Source: Oculina patagonica (lineage: Eukaryota). From it: DNA of 64,000 nt. The stretch covers positions 15,872,001-15,936,000 of the forward strand of contig NC_135768.1 of assembly GCF_052425735.1 (NCBI RefSeq), in the 5' to 3' direction. Made by a program: the position numbers and the translations under genes. Position 1 is the first letter of the stretch, and every line of letters starts with the position of its first letter. Of the stretch, positions 34,734 through 48,330 are shown piece by piece. The notes beneath the pieces were generated by a model. It was not told where the DNA came from. It worked only from the letters and a program-made list of their open reading frames with translations, and ran no database searches.

Positions 34734-36083
34734 ATGGCTGTGTTCGATGAAAAGTGGCAAAAGGCCAAAGCAAGTATCACGGAAAGAGGCATTTTCATGT
34801 TAAACAACGAGCTACTAAGCGATGTAAGCCTTGTTGTTCGAGCCTCGAGTGACGAAGGTGAGCCCAAGAAAAGCAAGATGGCGATTTCTGCCCACAAGTT
34901 TGTGTTGTCGAGTTGTAGTCCTGTGTTTTTCGCCATGTTTTGTGGGGAACTGGCCGAGAAATCGAACTCTGTTGACTTGCCAGACTGCGAGTACGAGGGA
35001 GTGATGGAAATGCTACGATACATGTACAGCGGGAAGGCAGAATTGAACGAAAGCAATGTGATGCAAGTGCTGTATGTGGCAAAGAAATACATCTTACCTT
35101 CTCTCGCCGAAGAGTGCATTCAATTTTTCCAAGAAAACGTGAACCCAGGAAATGTGTTTTGTGTTATGTCACATGCTCAGCAATATGATGAGAAAGTTCT
35201 TGTGGATCAATGCTGGGAAGTGATTGACAAAGCAACAGAAGAAATTGTGAAATCACAGGAATTCACTAAAATTAACAGATCTTTACTTGAAGCAGTTGTC
35301 AGGAGAGATACATTGACAATCATAGAGGTAGAGTTGTTTAAAGCTGTTGATCTCTGGGCTTCAAAGGAATGTGAGAGGCAAAGATTGACTCCAGATGGCA
35401 ATACGAAAAGAAGAATTCTTGGAGAAAATGTCCTCAAAGGAATCCGTTTTCCACTGATGCAGGAGAAAGAGTTTGTTAGCATTGTTCTTAGTTGTGAGAT
35501 TCTTACACCTCAGGAAGTGTATGAAATAATGAAGTATTTTAATTCAGTAGCCAGCACGCCACTTTGTTTTCCAGAAAAGAAAAGGGCTGGAAGCAAGTTA
35601 TCGTGTCGCAGATTTGGTGGGGTAGAAACAGAAGTTAATTGGCGTTATGCCAGTGATGACTGCATTGATTTTAAAATAGACAAGGAGATAGAACTTCATG
35701 GAGTACGTATGTTTGGTTCTGAAAATGGTGAATATGTTGCAATCTTGAGGATAATAGCCATTGAAAACGATTACGCGTTTGTAGCAAAATCAGGAAAGTT
35801 TTCTTCTGCACAAGTACGGTCACAATCAACTTGTTATTATGGCTTTGACATTCTGTTTGATGATCCTGTTGTGTTATACAAAGACCAGAAGTATCGTGTG
35901 ACGGCTACAACAGATGGTCCTGATTCGCCGTATGGGATCGATTGTTTTCCTTCTGTCCAGTGCCATGGTGTGACATTTTCTTTTTTCACTGCTGACTGGA
36001 ATAATTCTCCAGAGAGTGCTCACCCTAATGACACTGATGTTGATGGTGGGCAATTTGCAGAATTTTTATTCAGGCTACATTGA
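34734..36083 (+). CDS. BTB-BACK-PHR protein, copy 2, intronless, 449 aa
   Basis: Same domain motifs; ATG of MAVFDEKWQ at 34734; closest to copy 4. Confidence 0.93.
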   Translation: MAVFDEKWQKAKASITERGIFMLNNELLSDVSLVVRASSDEGEPKKSKMAISAHKFVLSSCSPVFFAMFCGELAEKSNSVDLPDCEYEGVMEMLRYMYSGKAELNESNVMQVLYVAKKYILPSLAEECIQFFQENVNPGNVFCVMSHAQQYDEKVLVDQCWEVIDKATEEIVKSQEFTKINRSLLEAVVRRDTLTIIEVELFKAVDLWASKECERQRLTPDGNTKRRILGENVLKGIRFPLMQEKEFVSIVLSCEILTPQEVYEIMKYFNSVASTPLCFPEKKRAGSKLSCRRFGGVETEVNWRYASDDCIDFKIDKEIELHGVRMFGSENGEYVAILRIIAIENDYAFVAKSGKFSSAQVRSQSTCYYGFDILFDDPVVLYKDQKYRVTATTDGPDSPYGIDCFPSVQCHGVTFSFFTADWNNSPESAHPNDTDVDGGQFAEFLFRLH

Positions 36084-36115
36084 TTTAGGAGTTGTGTGAC
36101 AATTGTATGGTGAAA

Positions 36116-36268
36116 GCCATGGTGTGACATTTTCTTTTTTCACTGCTGACTGGAATACATGCAATTTTCCGAAGAGTACTTACCGTAGTAACACTGATGT
36201 TAAATATGGCATTCTGCAGAAGTTTTATTCAGGCTACATTGATTAAGGAGTTGTGTGACAATTGTACA
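36116..36268 (+). repeat. Tandem duplicate of the 3' end of BTB copy 2
   Basis: Repeats ~35962-36108 (gccatggtgtgacattttc...caggctacattgatt.aggagttgtgtgacaattgta). Confidence 0.85.
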
Positions 36269-39106
36269 TGTTGAAAATTCATTTGTTAATGTTTAAAGTT
36301 CACTGATTGCATTAAATTCAGCTTACAATCAAAACGGCTGAAGCATTTCACTTTAAAAAGAATGTCAATATTTTGATTGAAATTTCGAATGATTAATAAA
36401 TATAATAATTATTTGTCCATTACCTCCAGTTTTAATTATCATCTGTTATTAATATCATTTCAGTTTACAAGTATAAAAAAGTTAACACTCATCCTTGGAT
36501 TACACTGCACTATTTGTATTATGGTACTTTTATGTACGGTACATATCTTTGAACCTGATAATTTGTGAGTAAAACACAGAAGATGAATTTTCTGGTCTTG
36601 CTTTTTGTAGAATTGAATATAAATAAGCAAAGAAACCTTTTGATTTGAAGTGTAAATGAAAAGGTCCATGAATTCTAGGATACTGGAAAAACTAAGGACC
36701 TATTTATATAGAGACAAGTTGTCTCTGGTAGGAGTGTTACCCTCCCTACTGAGCCTTTCCAGGCAATAGTGCATTTGATAAGTTTATAAACAGCTGCAAA
36801 CCATTTACATAAGAAATTGCAAGATTGTCTTGGGTAGGGTGATCCTGGTTGGAGGCCACTCATTTTAGAGAAAGAAAGGAGGGTGACCCTTAGGGGTGAG
36901 CCAACTTTTTGTCATGTAAACACTCTGGGGTTTTTCAACTCACCTACCAGGGGCAAATCTGGACATAAAGAGCATGTCTAAAACCGAGAGGGCCAATTTT
37001 TGGCTTGGATGGTAGGGAAAAACTTTTCTTGAAATATGGTCACTAAAAGATGGCTCATTGGGGAGAGGGTAACCAGTCCTTTTTGTGATATAAACATGTC
37101 CTTATTGGGTCAATGTTGAGGATTCAGTTATCAATTACGGTATTTTCTTTTTGGGGATGTGTGATAAGCCCATTGCCTGGCCTCTGGACTGGGAGGACCA
37201 AGGACCATTCTTTGTTAGGCATCTACAGTAGCCCTCAGCCAATCAGGCAAGGCTAGTACTGCCAAGAAGCAAGGTCCCTGCCGGCATAGCTCTCAGGGTC
37301 AAGTGACACACACAAACTTCACTGCTCGACTAGTAAATGACAGGCCAAGGTGAATGTTCCTAATCTGTCACACATTCCTAAACAGTAATGCCAATAATGG
37401 TTGAAACCAGTCTTGTCACACATTAAGGACACCCTACCTCCCATGTATACAATCAGTTTATTGTTTCTTAAAATTCATACACTTATTTATTCACCATTGA
37501 CTATTTCTGTTGTTTTACCATACAAAAAGAGGTAAACAGATTATCTTTATTACTATACAAAAATCATTTAACATAACCATGGATCATCATTGATAACTAT
37601 TAGTTTTCAATTTTCCTTTTTATATGTGCACCATTACAATGATGTTAAAGTGGCACCTTATTTTCTTAAACTACTGTAATTACCTACTTATTCTTAACAG
37701 TCTCTTTGATATGTGAACTGAAACCTTTTCTATTTACCAAGAAATAACCATTCACACATGTCCTAAAAAGAAGATAATATTGAGTGGATTTGCTAACATT
37801 GATCGAGAATCTTTTTTTCTTTGTACAGTCCCACTGTGGGAATATACAGCCATCGCAACATGCACCAAAATAATGGTTTTTGTCTGCTGGCCAGTTAGAG
37901 AAATACTGTTACAAATGCTGCAGGATTTTGTAGAATGCTCTTTTCTGATTCGAAAATGTGTTTTTTCTTTGCATCATCTTAGAAGTATTCTTATTCTCCC
38001 ATGATCTTCTGACACAGGATGGTAGTTTGGAAACTAGGAAATAAAAATTTTTTGTACAGTTTCCAGCAAAGAGGCAGGGACCAGGGGCATAGCCAGGATT
38101 TTTTCAGAGGTACGCATACCAACTTGCGCGTGTCTTCAGAGGGGTCTGGGACATGTATGCGCTTCCAATAGGGAATTTACAGTCTCAGAAATGCCCTTTC
38201 CTGCATTTTTTGCAGAATATTTTTAGAAATAACATCAAAAATAGTTAACATTAAAAGGAAGGAACTACTTATTACAAATTGATCATGCCAATAGCTCTTA
38301 TATTTACATGACCACACTGCTGTGGGCGATTGCGTAGTTCCATAAATAATCCATACCTCCCCTATGGAAGGAATTTTTCCTAAGACGCCCCCTTCTCAAA
38401 AATTCCAATTAACCTTCATACATTTCCCAAAGTTTTTGGCCTTTGAGTCCCCCCCCCCCAGAATTTCCAATCCCTTCTGTTGGGGGAGGGGGAGTATGGA
38501 CATTTTCAGGAACTACAAATTGTGCTGTAGTTATTTTCTCCTGAACTTCAATGGCACAACTGCCAAATTTCTAAATAAGTCATCAGATTCCCCCTGGAAA
38601 TCACATTTCTTTCACATGATACTTTATGTGAAGATGGACTCAGATTGCCAAAACAACATGGCACGTTCGACAAGATAAAACCAAAAACAAGTTCCATTGT
38701 TCACTGTTTTTTACTTATTATTCAGTAAACAAAGAAAGAAAATCAGTTGGTATCTTTCAGGTGACAATAGGAAAAGCAGCGAAGGGCAGAATTTAAGTGC
38801 TTTTGATTTTATCACTTACTTGACTTTGTTATGGTCGATTTTTCAGGTATGCTTGTGCATCTGGCAAACAGGTTGCTACGCACCTGTGGATCACTTATAT
38901 GCAACAAGACTTAACTTTGTAGCTGGATTGTTTAGTTGTATGTAACTGGTTTATCACAAGCATCATTACCCAGGCTATGTCTCTGGACCCTCTCTCCCAA
39001 GAGTGGAGCATTGCGTGACAGTCAGGGCTGAAACTGGGATGGTATCCCTGTAGACTTGACAGAAACATAAAACACCAGACTGCTACAGGCACTAAAGGAA
39101 AAAAAA

Positions 39107-40454
39107 TTACTTTGGCCTAAACAAAAATGCTGCAAATTGCCCCCCTTAACATATCTACCCTACTACAACCACTCTGACAGTCACACGACGAAAAGGAAAA
39201 CTTCACACCATGACAGTGGACATCACAAATGCCTTCAAACCCAAAACATGAAGGAGGGCCATCTATTATGGCTGCAACATAATACTTGATGCCTTTTCTT
39301 AAAACAGCTGGAGAATCAAATAAGACATCAAAGCCATAATAAAACTTTGATTTAAACGGAAAGTGCACAGATGAAAACTTTCCTGATTTTGAAGTAACTA
39401 ATTCACTTTTAGAAGTGTCTGTTATTTTTAAAATCACCACATAGTCGCTATTTTTAAAACCAAACATCCGTATCCCATGGAGTTTTATATCTTTGTCTAC
39501 ACGGAAACAAATGCACTCTTTCTCATCCATGCCAAAGTCCCACAGATCACTTTCATCCACAATGACAACTCCAAATCTCGGACATGATAAATAAGTTCCA
39601 ACCCTTTGCTTTTCTGAGAAACCAACTGGTGAGCTCACTACAGAATTGAAATACTTCATCATATCAAACACTTCTTCTGGGGTGAGTATCTTGCAATCAG
39701 GGACAACAGTAGCAAACTCTTTCACCTCCATAACTGGAAAACGTATTGCTTTAACAATCTGGTCTCCTAGAATTTTTCTTTTAGTATTGCCATCCAAGGC
39801 AAGTCCTTGCCTTTCACATTCCTTTGTAGCCCAGACATCAACAGCTTTGAACAATTCTTCCTCTCTGATTGTTAATGAATCTCTGCTCACAATTTCTTCA
39901 AGCAAAGTCCTTGCAATTGTCAAGAATTCCTCTGATTTCACAGCTTCTTCAGTTTCTCTGTCAATCACTTCCCAGCATTGATCCACAAGATGTTTCTCAT
40001 CATATTGCCGAGCATGTGACAGAACCCAAAACACATTTCCTGTGTTCAGGTTTCTTTCCAAAACTTCAATGCATTCATCGGCGAGTGAAGGTAAGATGTA
40101 TTTCTTTGCCACATACAACACTTGCATCACATTGTTTTCGTTTAATTTCGCCTTCCCGCTGTACATGTATCGTAGCATTTCCAACACTCCATCGTACTCA
40201 CAGTCTGGTAAGTCAACAGAGTCTGATCTCTCGGCCAGTTCTCCACAAAACATGGCGAAGAACACAGGACTACAACTCGACAACACAAACTTGTGGGCAG
40301 GAATCGCCATTTTGCTTTTCTTGGGCTTACCTTCGTCACTCGAGGCTCGAACAACAAGGCTCACATCGCTCAATAACTTGTTATTGAACATAAAAATACC
40401 TCTTTCTGTAATGCTCGCTTTGGCCTTCTGCCACTTTTCGTCAAAAACTGCCAT
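39107..40454 (-). CDS. BTB-BACK-PHR protein, copy 3; +1 frameshift in a G6 run near the C-terminus (uncorrected stop at 39117)
   Basis: Domain motifs present; terminal GQFAAFLFRPK* (identical to copy 1) lies in a shifted frame after 39140-39145. Confidence 0.9.
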
Positions 40455-40505
40455 GATTTCTAACAACTGTTTTCAAGCGTACACAACCTTCGAGGAACTA
40501 CACTT

Positions 40506-40559
40506 CCCAATGAGCACTTGCGCGCGCCAATTGCGCGGGAAAATTCTGTCACGCAATCC
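40506..40559 (-). promoter_or_regulatory. Conserved upstream module, BTB copy 3
   Basis: ggattgcgtgacagaattttcccgcgcaattggcgcgcgcaagtgctcattggg. Confidence 0.65.
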
Positions 40560-40869
40560 TTTGTGTACATGTTTTAGCGAGGCAAACACGGCTAAAATAT
40601 GGCTGTCTTGATTTAAAATAAGATAGGTAGTGAAAGAAGCTAATATAAGAAACTAAGAATTTTTTTAAGGCAGTAGGAAATAATTTGCTCATCTGTCTTT
40701 GCACGAAATTTTACATTTTTAGTCAGGAGTTATCTCAAATTGATTCAAATTTTTATTGTTTGGACCGCCGAGACTTAATTATGCGAAAATCTAGGCCTGT
40801 GATGTAGCTAGACTTAGCCTGCAAGTACAGTCTCTTCGCTCCCGGCTTGTTTTATTTATTATATAAGGT

Positions 40870-42375
40870 ATTTATTTATTTAATAATTACAATTTATGGC
40901 TAAGAAAAAAAAAGCCAAAGGATGAAATGCAAGAGTCAAGACCCCATATTAAAGCAGATCACCTAAGGTACTAAGATAAAAATACAAATGAAATTATAAT
41001 AGTAATAAATAAGTAAACAAGAAAAACATTTAAAGATTATGCTGATCCATAAAAAACTTTTTAACTAATGCTTTAAAAGAGTTCACACTTGTTGCCTCAC
41101 GAATGAAAAGCGGAAGCGAATTCCATGTTCCCACTACTCTATGAAAATAAGAATTTTTAAGGACGTTCGTTCTTGCATATCTCATCTTTACAGTTAACTT
41201 ATCATTATGTCTAAAAGAATAGTGATCAGTTTCCTTATAAAAATCCACATAAGGTTCAACATCTATGTCAATAATCCAATTAAGAGCTTTATATAAAAGA
41301 GTAACATCTGCTAACAATCGCCTCTTTTCCAATGATAACATTTAATTTATTCAGGCGGTAAGCATAGGTGTCCAGAGTCTTTAAAATAAATTTAGTTGCC
41401 CTTCTTTGAACCTTCTCCAACTTTTCAATGCCTTTTGTGGTGTAAGGGGACCAAATTAGAGAACAGTATTCTAAGTTGGATCGTACAAGAGCACAGTAGA
41501 GAGTTCTTAGAGTCTTGTGATCATCAAAATCTCTGCAAGTTCTTTTAATTAATCCTGACATCTATTTGCTTTGGCTACAACTTTGTCAATGTGCAAGTTC
41601 CAACGCAGGTGCTGATCAGTGGTTATTCCAAGATCTCGGAATTCATTGACTTACTCCAAAAATGAGTTGTTTTAAAAGGAAATTTGAAATAAAAGGTTGC
41701 TTCTTCTTCGTAATTCTCATTATTTTGCATTTCTTTACATTGAAATCCATAAAATTGCGTAAGCTCCATTGATGAAGATTATCCAAATCCTCCTGAAACA
41801 TGTTTTGATCTGCGGCGCAGTCAATGATCCTGAAACTTTTACAGTCATCCGCGTAGAGGGCGATGGTATTTCCTGGAAGTACAACATCAGGGAGATCGCA
41901 TATGAATATGACAAAGAACAGTGGACCTAAGAGAGAGCCTTGTGGGACACCAGAAGGAACTCATGCCCAAGATGACGACACACCTTCCAAGACCACTCTT
42001 TGCCGACGATTGCTTAAATAGCTTTCACACCATTGTAAAATAGAGCCAGAGATTCCGAAGCCACAAAGCTTTTTCAGTACTGGGTGACTAACCCAATCGA
42101 AGGCTTTGGAGAAGTCCAAAAAGGCTACATCCACTTGACGACCCTCATCCAGCGCCATATCCCATTGATGGTGGGTAAGAACCAATTGAGTCTCACATGA
42201 CCTTCCCTTGACAAAACCGTGCTGCCATTCGCTTAAATAGGATGAAACGTGTGACTAGATAACATTATACACAATACGCTCCAAACATTTAGCAGAGATA
42301 GGTAGCAGAGAGATTGATCTATTATTTTCTACAAGTTCCCTGTTATCACCCTTATGAACAGGAGTGATGTTTGGT
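40870..42375 (-). mobile_element. 5'-truncated, frameshifted LINE (CR1/L2-group RT)
   Basis: VDVAFLDFSKAFD.VSH, SGVPQGSLLGPLFF, LYADDCK, LYCALVRSNLEYCS..WSPY, LEKVQRRATK, WNSLP; several indels; aataaataaa-type tail. Confidence 0.92.
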
Positions 42376-43261
42376 ACTCCATCGATCCTCCAGCAAGAGC
42401 TAGTCGTTTACTGATCTTTAAGCCAATGATATTGCTGATATTGCTTATATTAAATATTCTCAATATTTGCTTGATTATTTAATATAGTTATTTAATATTT
42501 AATATAGTTATTTAATAACTTGCTTGAATATTTAATAACTCGTCCAAATCGCTTCGAGAGAAATATCATTGGGCCGCGCATAACAAGAAAAGCAAAAATC
42601 GCACTTTGGAAGAATTTCGCTTCGAGTGAGATGCTGTCGAAAATAATTTCCAGCCTTGGGAATATTTAATAAAGTACACGTGTTCAAAATTTCGCAAAGC
42701 AATAACTCGTCCAAATCGCTTCAAATTGGCTTGAGGAGCTGGCAAGCAAGAAATAACACGACACAGCAACAGTGTAAGTCAATTTTATTCACAAAACGTT
42801 CGAATTTCTATATCGTAAAAGAAAATTGTTTCATTCCCATACAAATCCTTATAAATTTAGTCTTAGAGTTCTGTGGCTCTTATCGTTAGCTTGGGCTGCC
42901 ATGCCTGTGCTTTTTCGAGCTGTTGTAAGTAGAGCCTATTTTAAAGATTTTAATTTTAACGCTCTGTCGGCTTCAACAAACTGCCACAGACATAGTGATT
43001 TTATATACAATTAGTTTTTTTTTAGTTAGTTTTATCGTAATCATATAGTAGATAACTTAGAAACAGGTCTAGTTAGTAATTAATTAAATAATTAATTTTT
43101 ATTGTAAATCTAAGAATTGTAATTTTAGATATTTTAATTGTAATTTTAATTTTTAGCAGAGTTAAATTTAAACACACGACCCCACAAGCTTTTAGCTTTA
43201 ATCAATATCGTGTTTAATTACGTTACCTTATCATATACGCAAAGCGGACCTATTTTTTGGA

Positions 43262-43318
43262 TTGGAATGCGTGACAAAATTTTCCCGCGAAATTGGCGCC
43301 CGCAAGTGCTTATTGGGA
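43262..43318 (+). promoter_or_regulatory. Conserved upstream module, BTB copy 4
   Basis: ttggaatgcgtgacaaaattttcccgcgaaattggcgcccgcaagtgcttattggga. Confidence 0.65.
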
Positions 43319-43363
43319 TGCATTATAGCTGCAGTTTGCTACTCGGTTTTTATCAAAGAAATC

Positions 43364-44713
43364 ATGGCTGTATTTGATGAAAAGTGGCAGAAGGCCAAAG
43401 CAAGCATCACGGAAAGAGGCATTTTCATGTTTAACAACGAGCTACTAAGCGATGTAAGCCTTGTTGTTCGAGCCTCGAGTGACGAAGGTGAGCCCAAGAA
43501 AAGCAAGATGGCGATTTCTGCCCACAAGTTTGTGTTGACAAGTTGTAGTCCTGTGTTTTTCGCCATGTTTTGTGGGGAACTGGCCGAGAAATCGGACTCT
43601 GTTGACTTGTCAGACTGCGAGTACGAGGGTGTGTTGGAAATGCTACGATACACGTACAGCGGAAAGGCGGAATTAAACGAAAACAATGTGATGCAAGTGC
43701 TGTATGTGGCAAAGAAATACATCTTACCTTCTCTCGCTGAAGAGTGCATTCAATTTTTCCAAGAAAACGTGAACGCAGAAAATGTGTTTTGGGTTTTGTC
43801 ACATGCTCAGCATTATGATGAGAAAGTTCTTGAAGAACAATGCTGGGAAATGATTGACAAAGCAACGGAAGAAGTTGTGAAATCGGAGGGATTCACTAAA
43901 ATTAACAGATCTTTGCTTGAAGCAGTTGTCAAGAGAGATTCATTGACAATCACAGAAATAGAGTTATTTAAAGCTGTTGATCTCTGGGCTACAAAGGAAT
44001 GTGAGAGGCAAGGATTGACTCCAGATGGCAATATGAAAAGAAGAATTCTTGGAGACAATACCCTGAAAGGAATCCGTTTTCCACTGATGCAAGAGAAGGA
44101 GTTTGTTAGCATTGTTCTTAGTTGTAAGATACTAACACCAGAGGAAGTGTATGAAATAATGAAGTATTTTAATTCAGTAGCTAGCACGCCAGTTGGTTTT
44201 CCAGAAAAGAAAAGGGCTGGAAGTAACCTATCATGTCGTAGATTTGGTGGGTTAGAAACATGTTGTGGATGGCATTACCTCAGTGATGATTGCATTGATT
44301 TTAAAATAGACAAGGAGATAGAACTTCATGGAGTACGGATGTTTGGCACTGAAAACGGTGACTATGTTGCAATCTTAAGGATATTAGATCCTGAAGGTAA
44401 TTATGTGGTTGAAGCAAAATCTGGAAAGTTTTCTTCTACTCGTGTACTGTCACAATCAACTTGTTATTATGGCTTTGACATTTTGTTTGATAATCCTATT
44501 TTTTTAAGCAAAGATCGGAAGTATCGTGTGATAGCCACAATGGATGGCCCTGACTCATCATATGGGATTGATTGTTTTCCTTCTGTTCAGTGCCATGGTG
44601 TGACATTTTCTTTTTTCACTGCTGACGGGGTTAATTCTCCTGATGATGCTCAGCTTAATGACACTGATGTTGATGGTGGGCAATTTGCAGAGTTTTTGTT
44701 CAGGCTGCACTAA
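43364..44713 (+). CDS. BTB-BACK-PHR protein, copy 4, intronless, 449 aa
   Basis: Domain motifs; ATG at 43364; ends NDTDVDGGQFAEFLFRLH like copy 2. Confidence 0.93.
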   Translation: MAVFDEKWQKAKASITERGIFMFNNELLSDVSLVVRASSDEGEPKKSKMAISAHKFVLTSCSPVFFAMFCGELAEKSDSVDLSDCEYEGVLEMLRYTYSGKAELNENNVMQVLYVAKKYILPSLAEECIQFFQENVNAENVFWVLSHAQHYDEKVLEEQCWEMIDKATEEVVKSEGFTKINRSLLEAVVKRDSLTITEIELFKAVDLWATKECERQGLTPDGNMKRRILGDNTLKGIRFPLMQEKEFVSIVLSCKILTPEEVYEIMKYFNSVASTPVGFPEKKRAGSNLSCRRFGGLETCCGWHYLSDDCIDFKIDKEIELHGVRMFGTENGDYVAILRILDPEGNYVVEAKSGKFSSTRVLSQSTCYYGFDILFDNPIFLSKDRKYRVIATMDGPDSSYGIDCFPSVQCHGVTFSFFTADGVNSPDDAQLNDTDVDGGQFAEFLFRLH

Positions 44714-44893
44714 TTGAGGGGCCATGTGACAGTTGCACATGTTGGTAATACATTGTTATTGTTTAAGTTCACTGTTTGTAATCATCTTACAATCAAAACA
44801 GCTGAAGCATTTCTCTTGGGAAAGATTCGAAATGAATGAAGGAATTTTAATAGTAGTAATTTGTATGTTACCAGTAAATCCAGTTTTAATTAT

Positions 44894-45178
44894 TAGAGCA
44901 GTTTTCAATTGAGTGTCATAAAACCAAAACCAAAGTAATAACTCCGGCCAATCATAAAGGACACAGAAAATCCAGTAAACCAATCAAAACTCAAAGCAAA
45001 TACATGTAGCTGGCATGAAGCGCGGGAAAACATGCACGTGCGAGTCACGATTGGTTTTGGTTTTGCTTCTGATTGGCTGAGAAAGTGGCGAGAGATTTTT
45101 AAGCCAATCACTAAGCGTAGAAATGCAAAACCAAAGCAAACGCAATTTACTTTCGACACTCAAGTGAAAACCGCTCTA
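44894..45178. mobile_element. TAGAGC...GCTCTA MITE
   Basis: TIR tagagc(a/g)gttttca.ttgagtgtc; absent at the paralogous site ~36440. Confidence 0.8.
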
Positions 45179-47960
45179 TCTGCTTCATCATTGTAAATAT
45201 ACAAATTTAACAAAAAAATACCAATTAAAGTCTTGTCCTTAGAAAGTTGATGAAAACATACTCCGTTATTACTACATTATTGCATTATTATTACTTTTAT
45301 GTAACTGTCATTTTATTAACTAAATTTTCATTTGAATCTGACTATAAGTAAGAGCACTCTGGATGAGTTTCCTGGCTTGATTTTTTAGAAATGATTGATA
45401 TATTTAACAACTAGACTACGTGCCTGAGTTTTTTATGAGCGAATAGTCAACGAGGCACAGCCGAGTTGACTTTCGCTTATAGAAAATAAGGGCGAGTAGT
45501 CTAATTTTTTTTGTAGAAACTCTAAAGAATTGCAGTCCAAAACCTTCACCTTTTTGTACTTTTTAGCCAAAAATCATGGAAAATTGTCCTTTTTAAGGTA
45601 TAAGGTATTTTATTTAAAGTCGTTAACATTGCGAGTGGTTACCCAGTCTCCCGAGCCAGGGGCTCATGTTAAAAATGCACGACTATTTACAATAAAACTA
45701 CTTATATTACTATTACATTAAAATCATTAAAATCCTTTTAAAGAGCATCGCGTGCACGATTGTGTTCTTTCACCAGTCAGATTTCCAATAGAATATGACG
45801 GGCTGAGGTTCTACTAATCAGGCATAGAAGTCTCTTGCTGTTTTGGGTTAATGATTTAGTCAATTCTAGAAAACTGAAAATGTGAAAAACAAAGGAGCTA
45901 TTTATATGGAGAAAAGTTGTCCCTGGTAGGAGGCATACTTTTCATACGGGGCCATTCTGGGCAAGAGTGCTTTTCGTACATTTTTCATAAATAGCTGCAA
46001 AGTGGGGGATCACTCACTTCAAAGAACTTTAAAGGTAGGAAGGATGGTGACCCTTGAGGGGCAAGCCTACTTCTTTTGCATGTCTGCCAGGGACTAATCT
46101 CAACTTTCAGAGCATGCATGAAAATGGGAGAACCAATTTTTCCCTCGGGTGGCAGGGACAATATTTCTCACATATTTTTTGGTAAAAGATGGCTCAGGGG
46201 AGAAGTTAACCTTTCTACCAGAGACAACTTTTCATACCAACATTTACGTAATGTTTAATAAATGAGCAGTAGTGCTTTATCAAGTTTAAAACACAAGGTG
46301 CAGCGGAGTGTTTTAGACTTGATAAAGCACGAACTGCGAGTTCATTGAACAGCTTCAATAACCTCTGATGTAGATCCTTTCATTCTTGCATTAATATTTA
46401 GATTTTGGGTTATTTTGGCCAAGAAAATGGACATAAAATTTAGCCGTGTCTTTATCAGATATAAAGTCACTCATTAATTTTCCTTGTATTTTCTTAATGA
46501 ATTATTAATGAGTTTTTGAAAGATTGGTTCAATGTTGATTATTTTATAATCAACGTATTGTTATTATCTTTTTACTGGGGATGGGCGATAGGCCAATTGC
46601 CCAGCCTCTAGACTGGGAAGACCAAGGACAGTTCTCTGTTGGACCTCTAACCCTAAACCAATCTTGCAAGGCTAGCCCTGCCAGGAAGCAAGGCCCCTCC
46701 CAGCATAGCTCTCAGGGTCAATGAACCATAAAAGCTTCACTGCAGAACTAGGTAACAGGCCAAGCTGAATTTTTTTACTGTTGCATATTTCTTAACAGCA
46801 TTGTGTGACAGCAAGCCAAATATACCCGTAGGTTTAAACCACTCTTGTCACACATTAAGTACTCTCAAATATTGGGGATGGGTAAAAGTGGAGATGGGTC
46901 TCACCCCAAAGCATAACAATTAGGGGGAGGGGCCTGGATGGACTCGAAGGTAGAATTTCTGGCATAAAAAGGGAAGAGGCAATGGACTACAAGTTATATT
47001 TTTCAACAATACATTGATCCCCACCCCTTAGATCTGCCACCCACAGAGTGGACCCTGGTAACATTACCAACCAGCCTTAAAAATGTGGTTGTACTAATGA
47101 GATTGTTGCATTGATTGGCGGGGGTGGGGTAGGATTAAATTACATTGCTTGTACTTAGCCCTTTTAAACAATGCCAAGACAGGTACAAATAAATTGTGAC
47201 TTGCCTAAATTGACTATTTCTTGCAGGTCAGCGAATACAGCCGGTCGTGATTGTAACCAAATTATGCAATGTTTATTTAAGGCTTCATCATGATCATAAG
47301 CGCTCACTTGATTTACCCACACCTGTATCGCATATTTTTAGGGTGTTTTTGGCAGGGGTGTAGCCAGCTTTCTGAAGTTTGGCAGACCTAGTCACTTAGG
47401 GTGGGTGGGGGGGGGGGGGGGATATGCTCCCAATAAAGGCCCTCAAAAGTGCAATTCCAGCAGCACCTGGGCCAATTTTCAGTCATTGCGTAACATAAAT
47501 TCACTTGTCTACGTATGTGGAAAACTTGGAGAATTGGAGTTTCCTAAAAGTCTTTAGAAGTGTTAGAATACCAGAAACAAGCAAAGTTATGCTCTTGACA
47601 ACAAAAAAGTATGAAAAATTGGCGAAAAATACTAAATTATGGTAGCAATTATTTTTTGAGAAAAAAGTGTCAAAAAGTGCTCGTTAAGCCAAGTTATGCC
47701 GAAAAAATGGGAAGGGCCTCATGTTTAATGCTGTTCCTCGAGAAAGGGTCGTGAAAGAGGGGGGGGGGATAAATCCCATTTCCCAGATATTTTCCCTAAT
47801 TTTTCACAGTCCCGGTACCATTTCTATTGTTTTCTATTTGTGATTCCCATTCCCAGTTAACCAAATCCCGTTTTCGCAATGGATATTTGCTCAAATCCCA
47901 GTTTCCATGTTACCCCCTTCAGGCCCCTCTCAGTATTAGAGGTGCTTACTTTAGACAATA

Positions 47961-48330
47961 CAGTTGAACCTCTTTAATACGGACACCGAAGGGACAGAGG
48001 AAAGTGTCCGTATAAGAGAGGTGTCCGTAATAGAGAGGTCACCACTATGACGTCACTTTTGACTTCATTGACAGCTTAAAGTATTTAGTACCTCGAAATG
48101 TTCTGCAACGCAATGCTACAGGTAAAAAAATTAACACTTAGCACAAATCCGAAAACGTCTAAGATGAGCAAAGCGTTACGTTTGTTGTTTTTGTAACCAC
48201 AAACAGGAAATTGCATTACCGTAGTGTCCGTCCAAAGAAAATATATGGCAATTTTGTTGGGCCATCGGAAATTGTCCGTAATAGAGAGGTGGCCGTATTA
48301 GAGAGGTGTCCGTACGAAGAGGTTCGACTG
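47961..48330. mobile_element. Tigger/pogo-like MITE
   Basis: TIR cagt(t/c)gaacctct; TA TSD; empty paralogous site ~53710. Confidence 0.85.

Noticed and set aside
38700-39095. Exon-like GC-richer stretch downstream of copy 3
   Set aside because: All frames checked close quickly and no protein was recognisable
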